Shown here piece by piece: positions 47,534 through 58,431 of a stretch of DNA of 64,000 nt; position 1 is the first letter of the stretch, and each line of letters opens with the position of its first letter. Where the stretch lies: the NCBI GenBank assembly GCA_020057295.1, contig JAGVGF010000004.1:1-64000 (forward strand). The letters run 5' to 3'. The stretch is from an archaeon (GTDB taxonomy: Archaea > Nanobdellota > Nanobdellia > Woesearchaeales > UBA9642). Under the pieces are notes generated by a model. It was not told where the DNA came from, did no database searches, and worked only from the letters and a program-made list of their open reading frames with translations. Made by a program: the position numbers and the translations under genes.

Positions 47534-49561
47534 ATGAGGGTTAAAACTTGTTCTATTATTATATTGTTAGTCATTATATTTCTAGTTCCTTTAGTACATG
47601 CTCAAAGTTATGATGATAAAAGCACATTGAATACCGTAGTAACTATTAGTAATACTTTCGATGTTTTACCAACATCTAATGATTATAATATTCGTTCTAT
47701 CAATGCTTCTGTCAGCGCATATCCTAAAAATGATACAAGGCAAATTGTTAGTCAAATACTTACCAATCCACAAGCAATGATTGCTGATAATGCTATAACA
47801 TTTTTTTATGATAATCCCTTAAGTCAACATTATACTATTCAGATAAAATCTGATGTTAATACCAGAAATATTTTTGACGAAGTAAAAGTTCCTGTTAAGT
47901 TTCCAATAACTGCTCTTGATGGTTCATTTTATAAGTATACTCAAGCAACACCAATAATTGATGTTACTCCAGAAATAAGAGATTTGGCTTCAGAATTGGT
48001 CGGTGATAATAAAGATATTTACGAAATCGAGTATGTATTTGCTGAATATGTCAGAAAAAATGTTAATTATGACTTAGGATCATTAACAAGCAATGCTGAC
48101 CAAAAATCTTCTTGGGTTCTACAAAATAAGAGGGGAGTTTGTGACGAGATTACTAATTTATTTATCTCATTGAATAGAGCTGCAGGAATTCCTGCAAGAT
48201 TTGTATCAGGAGTTGCTTATACTAATCTAAATGATATATTTGGTAAAAATTGGGTTTCACACGCTTGGGCGGAAGTATATTTCCCAGGATATGGATGGGT
48301 GCCTTATGATGTTACTTATGGACAGTATGGTTTTATTGATGCAGGACACATAAAATTACTCGATTCTGTAGAGTCATCAAGTTCAAACATTAATTATAAT
48401 TATTATGGTAGAAATATACAGTTAAAGCCTGGAAGTATGGATATAGATGTGAATATCTTAGATTTCGGAGAAAATGTTAAAAGTAAATATTCTTTTCAAA
48501 CGACATTATTTAGTGAACAGGCAGGTTTTGGATCATATAATTTAGTTAAAGTAGAGATTAAAAATAATAAGGATTACTACATAGTTGCTGATTTATATCT
48601 TGGAGAGACCGAGAATGTTAAAATTATAGAAAATTCTGTTGAACGTGTATTAAATAAAACTTTACATCGTAAAGAAGTATTATTAAAACCTTATCAGATT
48701 AAAACAGTGTATTGGCTTGTGAAAATTGATGACTCATTAGACAAAAACTATATTTATACTTTCCCAATCACAGTGTATAATACATATAATGAAACCAGTA
48801 CAGCAAATTTAGACTCTAGAAAAGATTATGTGCTTTTAGATGCAGACTACTTAAATAAATTACTTGCATCACAAGATGCGGAATCAAGAAAGCCATATTC
48901 TAGATATATAACTGTACAATGTATTCCAGAAGTAAGTAATATGTATTTAGAAGACACAGTAACTGTAGGCTGTGTGATAGATAATAAAGGGGATAAATCT
49001 TTTAGTTCAATAAATATTTGTGTAGATGGTAATTGTACTACACAAAATTTAGCTATTCAAAGATTATCTACAACATTTACGAAAAAATTTTCTGATGTTG
49101 GATTAAAAAATATCGAAGTGAAAGTTTACAATGATGATTTTATAAAAGTAAGCTACGTTCCTATAAACGTTCAGGATAAACCTAAAATATTAATCAGCGA
49201 TGTAAAGATGCCTGAAAGTGTATTATATAATGAACAATTTGATATAGTTTTTAAGATTAGTAAAGAATCATCATCCACTCCAAAAAATTTAAGATTGTCA
49301 TTAATAGGACCGGTAAGCAAGGTTGAATGGTTGTTTGAAGGATTTGATACACAAAAAATCTTTAGCATAAAATCTTCCGGCAGCGCGATGAGTCCAGGAA
49401 CAAACAATTATAAGATTGTAGTACAATATAAAGATGATAAAGGTAATGATTATATCGAAGAATATCCCTTCCAGATAGAGTCTGATGCGGGATTTTTCGA
49501 AAATATATTATTATATTTTAACGTTATAGGACACTCTATTGAGAAAGTGTTTATTGAGTAG
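47534..49561 (+). CDS. Secreted transglutaminase-like domain protein
   Basis: Signal peptide, GVCDE, GIPARFVSG, HAWAEVY, WVPYDVT (Cys-His-Asp triad), beta-rich tail. Confidence 0.88.
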   Translation: MRVKTCSIIILLVIIFLVPLVHAQSYDDKSTLNTVVTISNTFDVLPTSNDYNIRSINASVSAYPKNDTRQIVSQILTNPQAMIADNAITFFYDNPLSQHYTIQIKSDVNTRNIFDEVKVPVKFPITALDGSFYKYTQATPIIDVTPEIRDLASELVGDNKDIYEIEYVFAEYVRKNVNYDLGSLTSNADQKSSWVLQNKRGVCDEITNLFISLNRAAGIPARFVSGVAYTNLNDIFGKNWVSHAWAEVYFPGYGWVPYDVTYGQYGFIDAGHIKLLDSVESSSSNINYNYYGRNIQLKPGSMDIDVNILDFGENVKSKYSFQTTLFSEQAGFGSYNLVKVEIKNNKDYYIVADLYLGETENVKIIENSVERVLNKTLHRKEVLLKPYQIKTVYWLVKIDDSLDKNYIYTFPITVYNTYNETSTANLDSRKDYVLLDADYLNKLLASQDAESRKPYSRYITVQCIPEVSNMYLEDTVTVGCVIDNKGDKSFSSINICVDGNCTTQNLAIQRLSTTFTKKFSDVGLKNIEVKVYNDDFIKVSYVPINVQDKPKILISDVKMPESVLYNEQFDIVFKISKESSSTPKNLRLSLIGPVSKVEWLFEGFDTQKIFSIKSSGSAMSPGTNNYKIVVQYKDDKGNDYIEEYPFQIESDAGFFENILLYFNVIGHSIEKVFIE

Positions 49562-49634
49562 TTTTATTAAACATTTTATTAAGTAAATTTTTAAACTAAT
49601 AAGCAACTTTATTAGATAATTATAAGGTGATTAA

Positions 49635-51470
49635 ATGACTGATAGAATAGTTCCAGATACAAGTGTACTCATTGAAGGCATACTTTCTAAAAAGATTACT
49701 AATGATGAAATACTTCCTAAAGAGATAATAATACATGAAGCATCATTGTCTGAATTAGAAGCACAGGCAAATACTGGCCGTGAAATAGGGTATATGGGAT
49801 TAGATGAGATAAAGAAATTACTAGCATTATCTAAAGAAAGAAAATTCACAATAAAATTTTCTGGCGAAAAACCTTCAGAAGATGAAATATCTAGAGCAAG
49901 AAAAGGCGGAATAGATTCTCTGATAAGAAATCTTGCCTATGAATTAAAAGCTACACTTGTTACAGTTGATAAAGTCCAAGCATTAACCGCTGAAGCTAAA
50001 GGCATCGATGTTATACTAATAAAAGTGGATGTTTCTCCTAAACCTCTAATCTTAGAAAAATATTTTGATTCTACAACAATGAGTGTTCACTTGAAAGAAA
50101 ATTGCAAGCCTAAAGCTAAAAAAGGTGTTCCTGGTAAATGGGAGTATGTGGAAATTTCACAAGATGTTATTGATAAAGATACTATGAAAGTTATAGCTAA
50201 AGATATTATCGAAGAAGTTAATATGCGTAATGATGCATTTATAGAAGTTGAAAGAAAATATTCTACGATTGTACAATTAGGAAAATTTAGGATAGTTATT
50301 GTTAGACCTCCTTTCGCTGATGGTTATGAAATTACTGTTGTAAGGCCCGTTAAAAAATTAAATTTCTCAGATTATCCTATGAGCGAAAAATTACGTGAAA
50401 GAATAGAAGCACATGCTGAAGGAGTATTAGTTGCAGGAGCGCCAGGACATGGTAAGAGTACGTTTGCACAAGCACTTGGAGAATTTTATTCGTCAAAAAA
50501 TAAAGTTGTAAAAACTATTGAAGCACCGAGGGATTTAGTTTTAACTGATGATGTTACACAATATGCAATAACTTATGGTACATCGCAAGAAATTCATGAT
50601 ATATTATTATTATCTAGACCAGATTATACTTTGTTTGACGAAATGAGAAATACGGATGATTTCGCACTATTTTCAGATTTAAGACTTTCTGGTGTAGGAA
50701 TGATTGGTATATTACACGCAACTAACCCTATTGATGCAATACAACGATTTATTGGACGTATAGAATTAGGAGTTATTCCTCATGTAATGGATACTGTAAT
50801 ATTTATCAAGAATGGTACTATAGAAAAAGTGTTCGCTGTAAGTTTAGAAGTAAAAGTTCCTAGTGGAATGATGGAAGCAGATTTAGCAAGACCTATAGTT
50901 GTAGTGAATGATTTTGAGACTGGAAAATTAGAATTCGAAATATATAGTTATGGTGAAGAAACTATTGTTGTTCCAGTACAAGTGCAAAGTGTAAGTCCTG
51001 CTGCAGAACTTGCTGCACGTGTCGTTAAAGAAGAGTTTTTGAAATATTCTGATTTCGTACGTGTAGATATGGTTAGTAATAATAAGGCAGTAGTATTTGT
51101 TCCAGAATCAAGAAAGGCAATGATTATCGGAAAGCAAGGAGCGAATATTGAACAGATAGAAAAACGTTTAGGATTAAGTATTGATGTTCGAGAACTTACT
51201 GAAAAAACATCGTCTGGCAGAGATAAGATATCAGCTGGTAGTAGAGACAGAACAGTATATTATCAGGTAAAATTTGATAAGAAAAATATTACTTTTATAT
51301 TGACTAATGAATCTGCAGATAAAGAAACGGATATATATGTTAATGATGAATTTGTACTAACTGTAAAAAGTGGAAAGAATGCTGTCATAAAGATAAATAA
51401 ACAGAGTAGTCAGGGTAGGACTATTGCAAATGCATTAAATGAACAGGAAAAAGTAGAATTAAGGCAGTAA
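49635..51470 (+). CDS. PINA: PIN domain + ATPase + KH (archaeal Holliday-junction ATPase family)
   Basis: VPDTSV, GAPGHGKSTF, RPDYTLFDEMR, IIGKQG (KH). Confidence 0.92.
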   Translation: MTDRIVPDTSVLIEGILSKKITNDEILPKEIIIHEASLSELEAQANTGREIGYMGLDEIKKLLALSKERKFTIKFSGEKPSEDEISRARKGGIDSLIRNLAYELKATLVTVDKVQALTAEAKGIDVILIKVDVSPKPLILEKYFDSTTMSVHLKENCKPKAKKGVPGKWEYVEISQDVIDKDTMKVIAKDIIEEVNMRNDAFIEVERKYSTIVQLGKFRIVIVRPPFADGYEITVVRPVKKLNFSDYPMSEKLRERIEAHAEGVLVAGAPGHGKSTFAQALGEFYSSKNKVVKTIEAPRDLVLTDDVTQYAITYGTSQEIHDILLLSRPDYTLFDEMRNTDDFALFSDLRLSGVGMIGILHATNPIDAIQRFIGRIELGVIPHVMDTVIFIKNGTIEKVFAVSLEVKVPSGMMEADLARPIVVVNDFETGKLEFEIYSYGEETIVVPVQVQSVSPAAELAARVVKEEFLKYSDFVRVDMVSNNKAVVFVPESRKAMIIGKQGANIEQIEKRLGLSIDVRELTEKTSSGRDKISAGSRDRTVYYQVKFDKKNITFILTNESADKETDIYVNDEFVLTVKSGKNAVIKINKQSSQGRTIANALNEQEKVELRQ

Positions 51471-51726
51471 TCAACTAATTATATTTTAGAACAAATACAA
51501 TATAACAATTATTTTGTAATATCTTTCTTTTTAAATATATTTAGAAATAATTATGATGCAGTATACATATCTATTATTATCATTATTTCTTCATCTTCGT
51601 ACACTTCATATATAGAATTATTATACTTATTAATAATGTTTTTAGTCGTTATATCTATATTTTTTATTTCCATGAGATGTATATTTCGATCTTATTTATA
51701 TTATTTACGCAAAATTTTAAAGAATT

Positions 51727-52260
51727 TTATTTATTTAGAACTTCCCAAAGCTTTTCTGCATACTTTTGTGCAGCAGGAGGCCCGTTTGCAGTAACTATTT
51801 TTTCATCAACTGTAACATCTTCTCCAGTATATTTTGCTCCTTTATTTCCTAAATATTCTGATGTTAACATTCCAAATTCTGAATCATCTCCATCCCATAC
51901 AGTAGCATTCTTTCCATCTAGAACCCCTGACTTTGCAAGTATTGTTGGACTCCAACAAATTGCTCCGATAATTTTTCCTGCATTAAACGCCTCTTTAGAA
52001 ACTCTTACACTATCTTTATCTGATCTTAATATTATTGTTCCAGGACCGCCAACAAATGTTATTGCATCATACTCTTTGACATTCAATTCATCAATAGAAT
52101 GTTTAACATCAAATGTTGCCCTAAAACTTCCCTTAGCCAAACCTTTTCTTGTGCTATAAACATCCACAATTGCTCCTTTACTCGTAAAATACTGATACGG
52201 TGTATTAAATTCTATATCTTGAAAACCTTGTGGTGCTATAATCATTGCAATCTTTTTCAT
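51727..52260 (-). CDS. DJ-1/PfpI family protein
   Basis: FQDIE, VGGPG, GAICWSP, VTANGP. Confidence 0.92.
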   Translation of the reverse strand: MKKIAMIIAPQGFQDIEFNTPYQYFTSKGAIVDVYSTRKGLAKGSFRATFDVKHSIDELNVKEYDAITFVGGPGTIILRSDKDSVRVSKEAFNAGKIIGAICWSPTILAKSGVLDGKNATVWDGDDSEFGMLTSEYLGNKGAKYTGEDVTVDEKIVTANGPPAAQKYAEKLWEVLNK

Positions 52261-52303
52261 AAATAGAATTATTATTGATGACGTTTATATTTTTTATGAA
52301 ATA

Positions 52304-52699
52304 TTAGAATTTTTTAGCGTATTCAACAATTGTATCTTTATGTTTATGGAAACTTTCAGAATTTCCTACACGCATTGGCACAGACCATTTATTAATGTTA
52401 TCTGTAAATGTAATCTCTGCCGTGTGATCCATTGCTGTAACAACTAATTCTAAAACACTTACATTAGCTGTTTGACCTGATGTTTGATCAAGTGTGTTTT
52501 TACTTACTATTATTTTGTAACCTTTATCATTATCTGATTCAAGACTCACACTCTTACCAGAATTTTTTAGTGCATCACTTAACGCTAACTGTAGAGCGTC
52601 ACCAATACATCTTTGATGTTCATACAATCTTAATCTTTCACTATCAGAACCAAGATATTTCATTATGTGATATATCGGATTAATTTTTTTCCACTGCAT
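52304..52699 (-). CDS. Hypothetical protein
   Basis: ORF with no recognisable motif; ATG 52699 preferred as the start. Confidence 0.6.
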   Translation of the reverse strand: MQWKKINPIYHIMKYLGSDSERLRLYEHQRCIGDALQLALSDALKNSGKSVSLESDNDKGYKIIVSKNTLDQTSGQTANVSVLELVVTAMDHTAEITFTDNINKWSVPMRVGNSESFHKHKDTIVEYAKKF

Positions 52700-52959
52700 A
52701 TTTTCCCTTTTAGTAATAATTTTTTTCAATCACTACGCTAGTTTCAATATTGATAGGACGAGTTTAAATGTTTTATGTAATTCGCAAGTTTAACATTTAC
52801 TAATTAATATTGTAAAATAATTTGCTAATATTTATTTCGTTCAAAAATATGAACTACTTTTGAATAGTTAAAATAATAAAGTATATAAACACTTTGATGA
52901 TATCAGAACTATATTAATTGGAGTTTGATTTATCTGTTACAATTGTGGGGGAGATTATT

Positions 52960-53937
52960 ATGGATATAGATATGATTCAACAAGCATTTTCTGACGTTAT
53001 GTACATTGAACCAAAGCTCACTGTTTCTCACGTTTTACCTGAACCTGTTGGTGATATATCTAATGTGGCCGGTCTAACTCTTGCTTTTTCCAGAGATTTA
53101 AAACATGCTATAGATGTACATTCAGGTAATGTGAAATATACTGCTCCAAACGGGACATCTTTTCATCCGGGGTCGCTTTATAGATCAAGTGGAGGTTACA
53201 TTGTTGCCCAAGTTACACCGACAAAATTTGTATATTTAGATGATAACTCTTTTTTGTCTGATAAAACATTCTCGGAACTACCAGAGCCTGTTCAACCTTT
53301 TATATCTTCATTCCAAGATAGAATTGTAGTATGTTCTAAGGATGGGAAAAGATTTTATGATTTAAAGACAAGAAAAGTATGTCTTGAATCAAGAGAAGCT
53401 ATGTCTCCAGAAGTTATATCTGTTGATAGAACATATTTGGTAAACATTAAAGGAACACTTTATGATACTACCACAGGAATAAAACTTAAATTACCTGCAC
53501 CTGTAGTTTCAGATGTTCAGAAACTTGGAGATGATACATTTTTAGTAATGAGTGCTTATGCTCAGAGATTTTTTGATCTCCACACAAAAGCAGAATATCG
53601 TTTGCATGGAAAACATATGACTGTGGAATTATATCCTACTATAAACAATATTAATGGGATGTGGCTTGTTATGGGTACAGACGCAAAAACATTCTATGAT
53701 ATAAAAACTGGAGAAATTGCATTTAAACTTCCAGAAAAAGTACGAGCAAAAATACCTTGGTCAGGACGTCCAAACGAGTATACTGTTATAGGTGAAGATT
53801 CTCAGACAGTACATACTTTGACGTTAGAAAAACGATTGAATTGTGCATTAGACAGAGTTTTGGAAGAGTTAAATGTCGAAGGAAAAAGATTATTCACAAA
53901 AAATCTTGGTTGGAGCTTTGGATCTCGTGACGGCTGA
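52960..53937 (+). CDS. Hypothetical protein with beta-rich (F/L)YD..T repeats
   Basis: KRFYDLKT, TLYDTTTG, QRFFDLHT and KTFYDIKTG recur at ~35-45-aa spacing. Confidence 0.7.
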   Translation: MDIDMIQQAFSDVMYIEPKLTVSHVLPEPVGDISNVAGLTLAFSRDLKHAIDVHSGNVKYTAPNGTSFHPGSLYRSSGGYIVAQVTPTKFVYLDDNSFLSDKTFSELPEPVQPFISSFQDRIVVCSKDGKRFYDLKTRKVCLESREAMSPEVISVDRTYLVNIKGTLYDTTTGIKLKLPAPVVSDVQKLGDDTFLVMSAYAQRFFDLHTKAEYRLHGKHMTVELYPTINNINGMWLVMGTDAKTFYDIKTGEIAFKLPEKVRAKIPWSGRPNEYTVIGEDSQTVHTLTLEKRLNCALDRVLEELNVEGKRLFTKNLGWSFGSRDG

Positions 53938-53946
53938 ATAATTCTT

Positions 53947-54231
53947 CTATTTATTTATAATTTTATTATCTTTAAAATTTACTCCTTCTTTTCTTAATAA
54001 ATTGATTTTCTTTCTAGAATTCATTTTTCCGTTATAACCGCCAAGACTACCGTCACTTTTAATAACTCTATGACATGGAACAATAGGGGCATAAGGATTA
54101 ACTCGTAATGCTTGACCAACAGCTCTTGGACTCGACTTTAGAATTTTAGCAATTTTTCCATAAGTCATAGTTTTGCCTTTAGGAATTTTCTTGCATATAG
54201 AATAAACTTTTTCTTGAAATGGTGTGACCAT
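53947..54231 (-). CDS. ogt: O6-alkylguanine-DNA alkyltransferase, single domain
   Basis: TYG.IA, RAVGQAL..NP, VPCHRV, GGY, LL..EG. Confidence 0.9.
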   Translation of the reverse strand: MVTPFQEKVYSICKKIPKGKTMTYGKIAKILKSSPRAVGQALRVNPYAPIVPCHRVIKSDGSLGGYNGKMNSRKKINLLRKEGVNFKDNKIINK

Positions 54232-54322
54232 GATATGCCTTAATTATGATAGAATAAAAAGTTTGTTAAAAAAATGTTATTAAAATTCTAGAATTAAATA
54301 AGAAATAAAAAAATTAATAGCT

Positions 54323-54922
54323 TTATCTTGCTGCGTCTGCTTGTCTTTCAAGCTCGAGCTTCTTTGAGATTGCTCCGCTATTTGGTGACATTTGATATGC
54401 CGAAATTATTTCATCAGCTAATGTCTCTGCAGCGCCCTTCTTTGCATTGAATGATTTTGCGAATGATCCTTGTGTCATTTGTCTTAATACCAAGTCAACT
54501 CTTCTTTGAGGTGCGCATTCTAAAGCTTTAGGATATCTTGCACCACCATATTCTATTGCAATTACTTCTTCTCTTGGTGCTGCATTCTCTACTGCCTTAA
54601 CGAACACTTCAACAGGATTTTTCTTTAACTTAGTTTCTATGATTGTGAATGCCTTTTCGACTAATGTATATGTTGTTAGACCTTTACCAGTGCATTGTCT
54701 AGAAGTTATCTTGTGCTTCTTAGATCTGTGTCCTGGAACCATTAACTTGTTCATTAATCTTTCAACAATAAATATTTTGGACTTGTAAAATTTATTACCT
54801 GCGTATCTTGCACCTGTCTTATTAACAATCATCGGATTAGTAACAATATATGGTGCTACACCTGGATCTTCTACTTTTATTTGGGAACAATCCCACTTGC
54901 CGAATGCTAAAATATTACTCAT
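54323..54922 (-). CDS. rps7: 30S ribosomal protein uS7 (archaeal type)
   Basis: IVERLMNKLM, NPVEV..KAVENAAPREE, YGGARY, APQRRVD. Confidence 0.96.
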   Translation of the reverse strand: MSNILAFGKWDCSQIKVEDPGVAPYIVTNPMIVNKTGARYAGNKFYKSKIFIVERLMNKLMVPGHRSKKHKITSRQCTGKGLTTYTLVEKAFTIIETKLKKNPVEVFVKAVENAAPREEVIAIEYGGARYPKALECAPQRRVDLVLRQMTQGSFAKSFNAKKGAAETLADEIISAYQMSPNSGAISKKLELERQADAAR

Positions 54923-55104
54923 TTTCAATAAACCTCATATCTTAATCTTAATTTGTATTGATATGAGGAATTTTAGAGTATTTATAAACGTTTTGGTGTG
55001 CACGTATATTCTAAACTATGCAACATACAACAGATAATATTTATAAATAAGGCCGATGTATTTCATATGTTTTGAGGCTAAGAATTATTTAGAGGATATT
55101 TAGT

Positions 55105-56901
55105 ATGAATAAACAAGATGTAAAGAAAGATGTGAAAAATACAGAAAATAAGATACGAGTAAGCTCTTGGGATGAATTTAAACAAGAGCAAAAAGAGAAA
55201 AAGATAAAAAATTTTTCTAAAGTCGCAAAAGAAGAGCCATTATATAAAAAGAAGGAAGACAGTATTAATTATTCCATTAAAGACGGATTATATTCATCAG
55301 TAAAAGGTGGCTTGACTGAAAGTTTTGTAATGCCTTTCGCAATTGCATTAAGCGCAAGCACAGGAATGCTCGCTGCATTAAGTAGCATCCCAGATTTATT
55401 AGCATCTTTTTTCCAACTATTTTCACAAGCATCATTAAAATTCTTTAAAACAAGAAGTAAATTAATCGTTTGGACTGCATTTATACAGTCATTGATGTGG
55501 TTACCCTTGCTATTTATTCCATTAGTTGCGGGTTCTAATATAACATTAGCGTTAACTTTATTACTAATATTTATTACATTAGAAAAAATTTTTGGAACAT
55601 TTCAAGGACCAATATTAAACAGTATGCTTGGAGATATCATAGATGACGATAAACGCGGAGAATTCTTTGGTAAAAGAAATAGAATTGTAAATTTGATGGG
55701 TTTCATAAGCACATTCCTTGCTGGGTTATTATTAACTTTTTTCAAGCAATTCGATTCTGGTAATAATGCACACTACATCTTTTTTGGATTTGGAATATTA
55801 TTCTTCTTGGCATTTATATTTAGAGCGATAGCATCTTATTACAAATCTAAAATATATGATTCGCCTTATACTCCTCAAAAGAATAATATTACTTTTTTTA
55901 ATTTTATGAAGAATATGACTCATAACAACTATGGAATATTTGTATTATATATATTCATGTTCAAACTTGTCGCGTTCATTAGTGCACCATTTTTTGCTTT
56001 ATATTTACTTCGTGATTTAGGTATTTCTTATATATATTTCACATTAATACTTGGCGCATCAATTATGGCTAGTTTCATAACAATGGGTATGTGGGGTAAA
56101 ATAATAGATAAACATGGTAGTAAATTAGTATTGACAATATCGGCATTTCTTACACCATTAACTGCTTTATTACTAGTTTTTGCGATGTTTATAAAAGATC
56201 CATTATGGCTGTTTATATTTTTATTATTAGAAGAAGCATTTTCTGGATTTGTATGGGCGGGATTCAATCTAAGTACCTCGAGTTTCTTGTTTGATTCAAC
56301 ATCTAAAGAAGAACGTGTGAAATATATTGCATACTATAATTTTTTAACAGGAATAGCAGTATTTCTTGGTGCAATGTTAGGTGGAGTGTTAATAAGATTT
56401 TATCCTCGGTGGACTATTGTATCGACAGCACTTGTTTCAGCCATACCAGTAATATATGTAACAACAGGTGTGTTAAGATTATTAATTACTAGTATATTCA
56501 TAAAGAAAGTACGCGAATCTAGAATGGTAGAAATAGATTTCCCTGGCAGAGGATTCTTTCATAGAGTATTAACCGTAAATCCTCACTCGCATAATCATGT
56601 AGAGATATTATCATCTTATGAGGGCCCACAACAAGCGCATTTTCATAGTCTGTTGTTTGTTAAGAATAATATTAAACCAGTAAAGAATATTACTAGTCAT
56701 AAAATGACGGAAAAAGAATTATATGAAAAGAAATCATTTGAGTACTATAGACAGAATGCTATGAAGACAATGAATCAGAAAGACAAACCTGTTACTCCGA
56801 AGGATGATTCTGATAAGATTGCAAAAAATATAGAGCAAGATAAAAAAAGTATCACTGAATTAACAGAAAAAATAAAGAATGAGCATATAAAAAAGAAATA
56901 A
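55105..56901 (+). CDS. MFS transporter with long charged termini
   Basis: SIKDG, RGEFFGKR, WGKIIDKHGSK, about 12 TM segments. Confidence 0.85.
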   Translation: MNKQDVKKDVKNTENKIRVSSWDEFKQEQKEKKIKNFSKVAKEEPLYKKKEDSINYSIKDGLYSSVKGGLTESFVMPFAIALSASTGMLAALSSIPDLLASFFQLFSQASLKFFKTRSKLIVWTAFIQSLMWLPLLFIPLVAGSNITLALTLLLIFITLEKIFGTFQGPILNSMLGDIIDDDKRGEFFGKRNRIVNLMGFISTFLAGLLLTFFKQFDSGNNAHYIFFGFGILFFLAFIFRAIASYYKSKIYDSPYTPQKNNITFFNFMKNMTHNNYGIFVLYIFMFKLVAFISAPFFALYLLRDLGISYIYFTLILGASIMASFITMGMWGKIIDKHGSKLVLTISAFLTPLTALLLVFAMFIKDPLWLFIFLLLEEAFSGFVWAGFNLSTSSFLFDSTSKEERVKYIAYYNFLTGIAVFLGAMLGGVLIRFYPRWTIVSTALVSAIPVIYVTTGVLRLLITSIFIKKVRESRMVEIDFPGRGFFHRVLTVNPHSHNHVEILSSYEGPQQAHFHSLLFVKNNIKPVKNITSHKMTEKELYEKKSFEYYRQNAMKTMNQKDKPVTPKDDSDKIAKNIEQDKKSITELTEKIKNEHIKKK

Positions 56902-56952
56902 TGCTCGAATAAAACAATATATTTTATAAATACTGAATATTTTCTAGACAAT

Positions 56953-58332
56953 ATGGTTGTTAAGTTTGATAAGAAGAAAAAGTTGAAGGACGAATTTGAG
57001 CTAAAGAAAGAGAAAGAAGCTCAAGAATTAAAAGAGAAAGTAAAATTACAACGTAAAAAAAATTCTGACAATTCTAATAAAGAAGTTGAACAAAAAGAAC
57101 CAGTACAACCAGTAATCAATGTAGGATTAGTTGGACATGTAGATCATGGTAAAACAACTCTTACTGAAAAATTAACTGGAAAATGGACTGATACACACTC
57201 TGAAGAAATTAAGAGAGGGATTACTATAAGATTAGGTTATGCAGACATAACTTTTAGAAAATGTCCTCAGTGTGATGAGCCTGATTGTTTTACTACAGCT
57301 AAAACTTGTAGCGTACATAATGTTCCAACTGAATTTGTTAGAAAAGTATCTTTTGTTGACGCTCCTGGACATGAATCATTAATGGCTACGATGTTATCTG
57401 GCGCAGCAATAATTGATGGTGCATTATTATTAGTTGCAGCAAACGAATTCTGTCCACAACCACAAACTAGAGAACACTTGATGGCGCTTGAAATGTCTGG
57501 AATAAAAAATGTTATTGTAGTACAGAATAAAATAGATTTAGTGGATAAAGATAGAGTTATGAAAAATTATTCTCAAATTAAGGAGTTCTTGAAAGGCACT
57601 AGCTACGAGAACGCTCCTATAGTTCCGATAAGTGCACAGCATGATGTAAACCTTGATTTATTAATTAAGAACATTGAAGAAGTTATTAAGACTCCAAAAC
57701 GTGACGAGTCAAAAGAACCAGCAATGTTTATTGCAAGAAGCTTTGATATTAACAAACCAGGAACGATGCCACAAAAAATGAGGGGAGGAGTTCTTGGTGG
57801 TGCAATAATGCAAGGTATAATTAAAGTTGGCGATAAGATAGAAATAAGACCTGGACACATTGTTGAAGAGGCAAATCAGATTGTTGCTAAACCTTTATTT
57901 ACTACGGTATTATCTGCAATGACTGGAAGTTCTCCTGTAGATGAATTACATCCAGGAGGTTCAGTAGCATTAATGACTGATCTAGATCCAAGTGTTGTAA
58001 ATTCAGATAAATTAACTGGAAACATTGTAGGATTGCCAGGAAAATTACCGAAGATATGGTATTATTTCGATTTAGAAGTTCACTTACTTGAACGAGTTGT
58101 TGGAGCAAAGGAAGATTTGAAAGTTGATCCGATAAAGATTAATGAAGTATTAATGTTAAATGTAAATTCTGCAGCAACAGTAGGATTTGTACAAAGCATA
58201 GGAAAAGGTCGTGTAAAGTGTAAATTAAAACTACCTGTGTGTGCAGAAATAAATTCTAAGGCCACAATTTCTAGAAGAGTCGGTACTCGTTTTAGGCTTA
58301 TTGGCTATGGTGTAATTAAGGGAGAGAAATAA
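56953..58332 (+). CDS. eif2g: Translation initiation factor aIF2 gamma subunit
   Basis: GHVDHGKTT, RGITIRLGYA, DAPGHE, QPQTREH, QNKID, RLIGYG. Confidence 0.97.
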   Translation: MVVKFDKKKKLKDEFELKKEKEAQELKEKVKLQRKKNSDNSNKEVEQKEPVQPVINVGLVGHVDHGKTTLTEKLTGKWTDTHSEEIKRGITIRLGYADITFRKCPQCDEPDCFTTAKTCSVHNVPTEFVRKVSFVDAPGHESLMATMLSGAAIIDGALLLVAANEFCPQPQTREHLMALEMSGIKNVIVVQNKIDLVDKDRVMKNYSQIKEFLKGTSYENAPIVPISAQHDVNLDLLIKNIEEVIKTPKRDESKEPAMFIARSFDINKPGTMPQKMRGGVLGGAIMQGIIKVGDKIEIRPGHIVEEANQIVAKPLFTTVLSAMTGSSPVDELHPGGSVALMTDLDPSVVNSDKLTGNIVGLPGKLPKIWYYFDLEVHLLERVVGAKEDLKVDPIKINEVLMLNVNSAATVGFVQSIGKGRVKCKLKLPVCAEINSKATISRRVGTRFRLIGYGVIKGEK

Positions 58333-58431
58333 ATTCTTAGTTTATATTATTATCTTACACAATATTTATGTTTACACTTGTTAGTAGCAAAAATAAGTAA
58401 GATTTATAAATCGTTCTATATGAACATTTTT

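Noticed and set aside
51551-51673. 40-aa minus-strand ORF (MEIKNIDITTK...)
   Set aside because: Extremely AT-rich, no clear SD and no recognisable motif; support is too weak.
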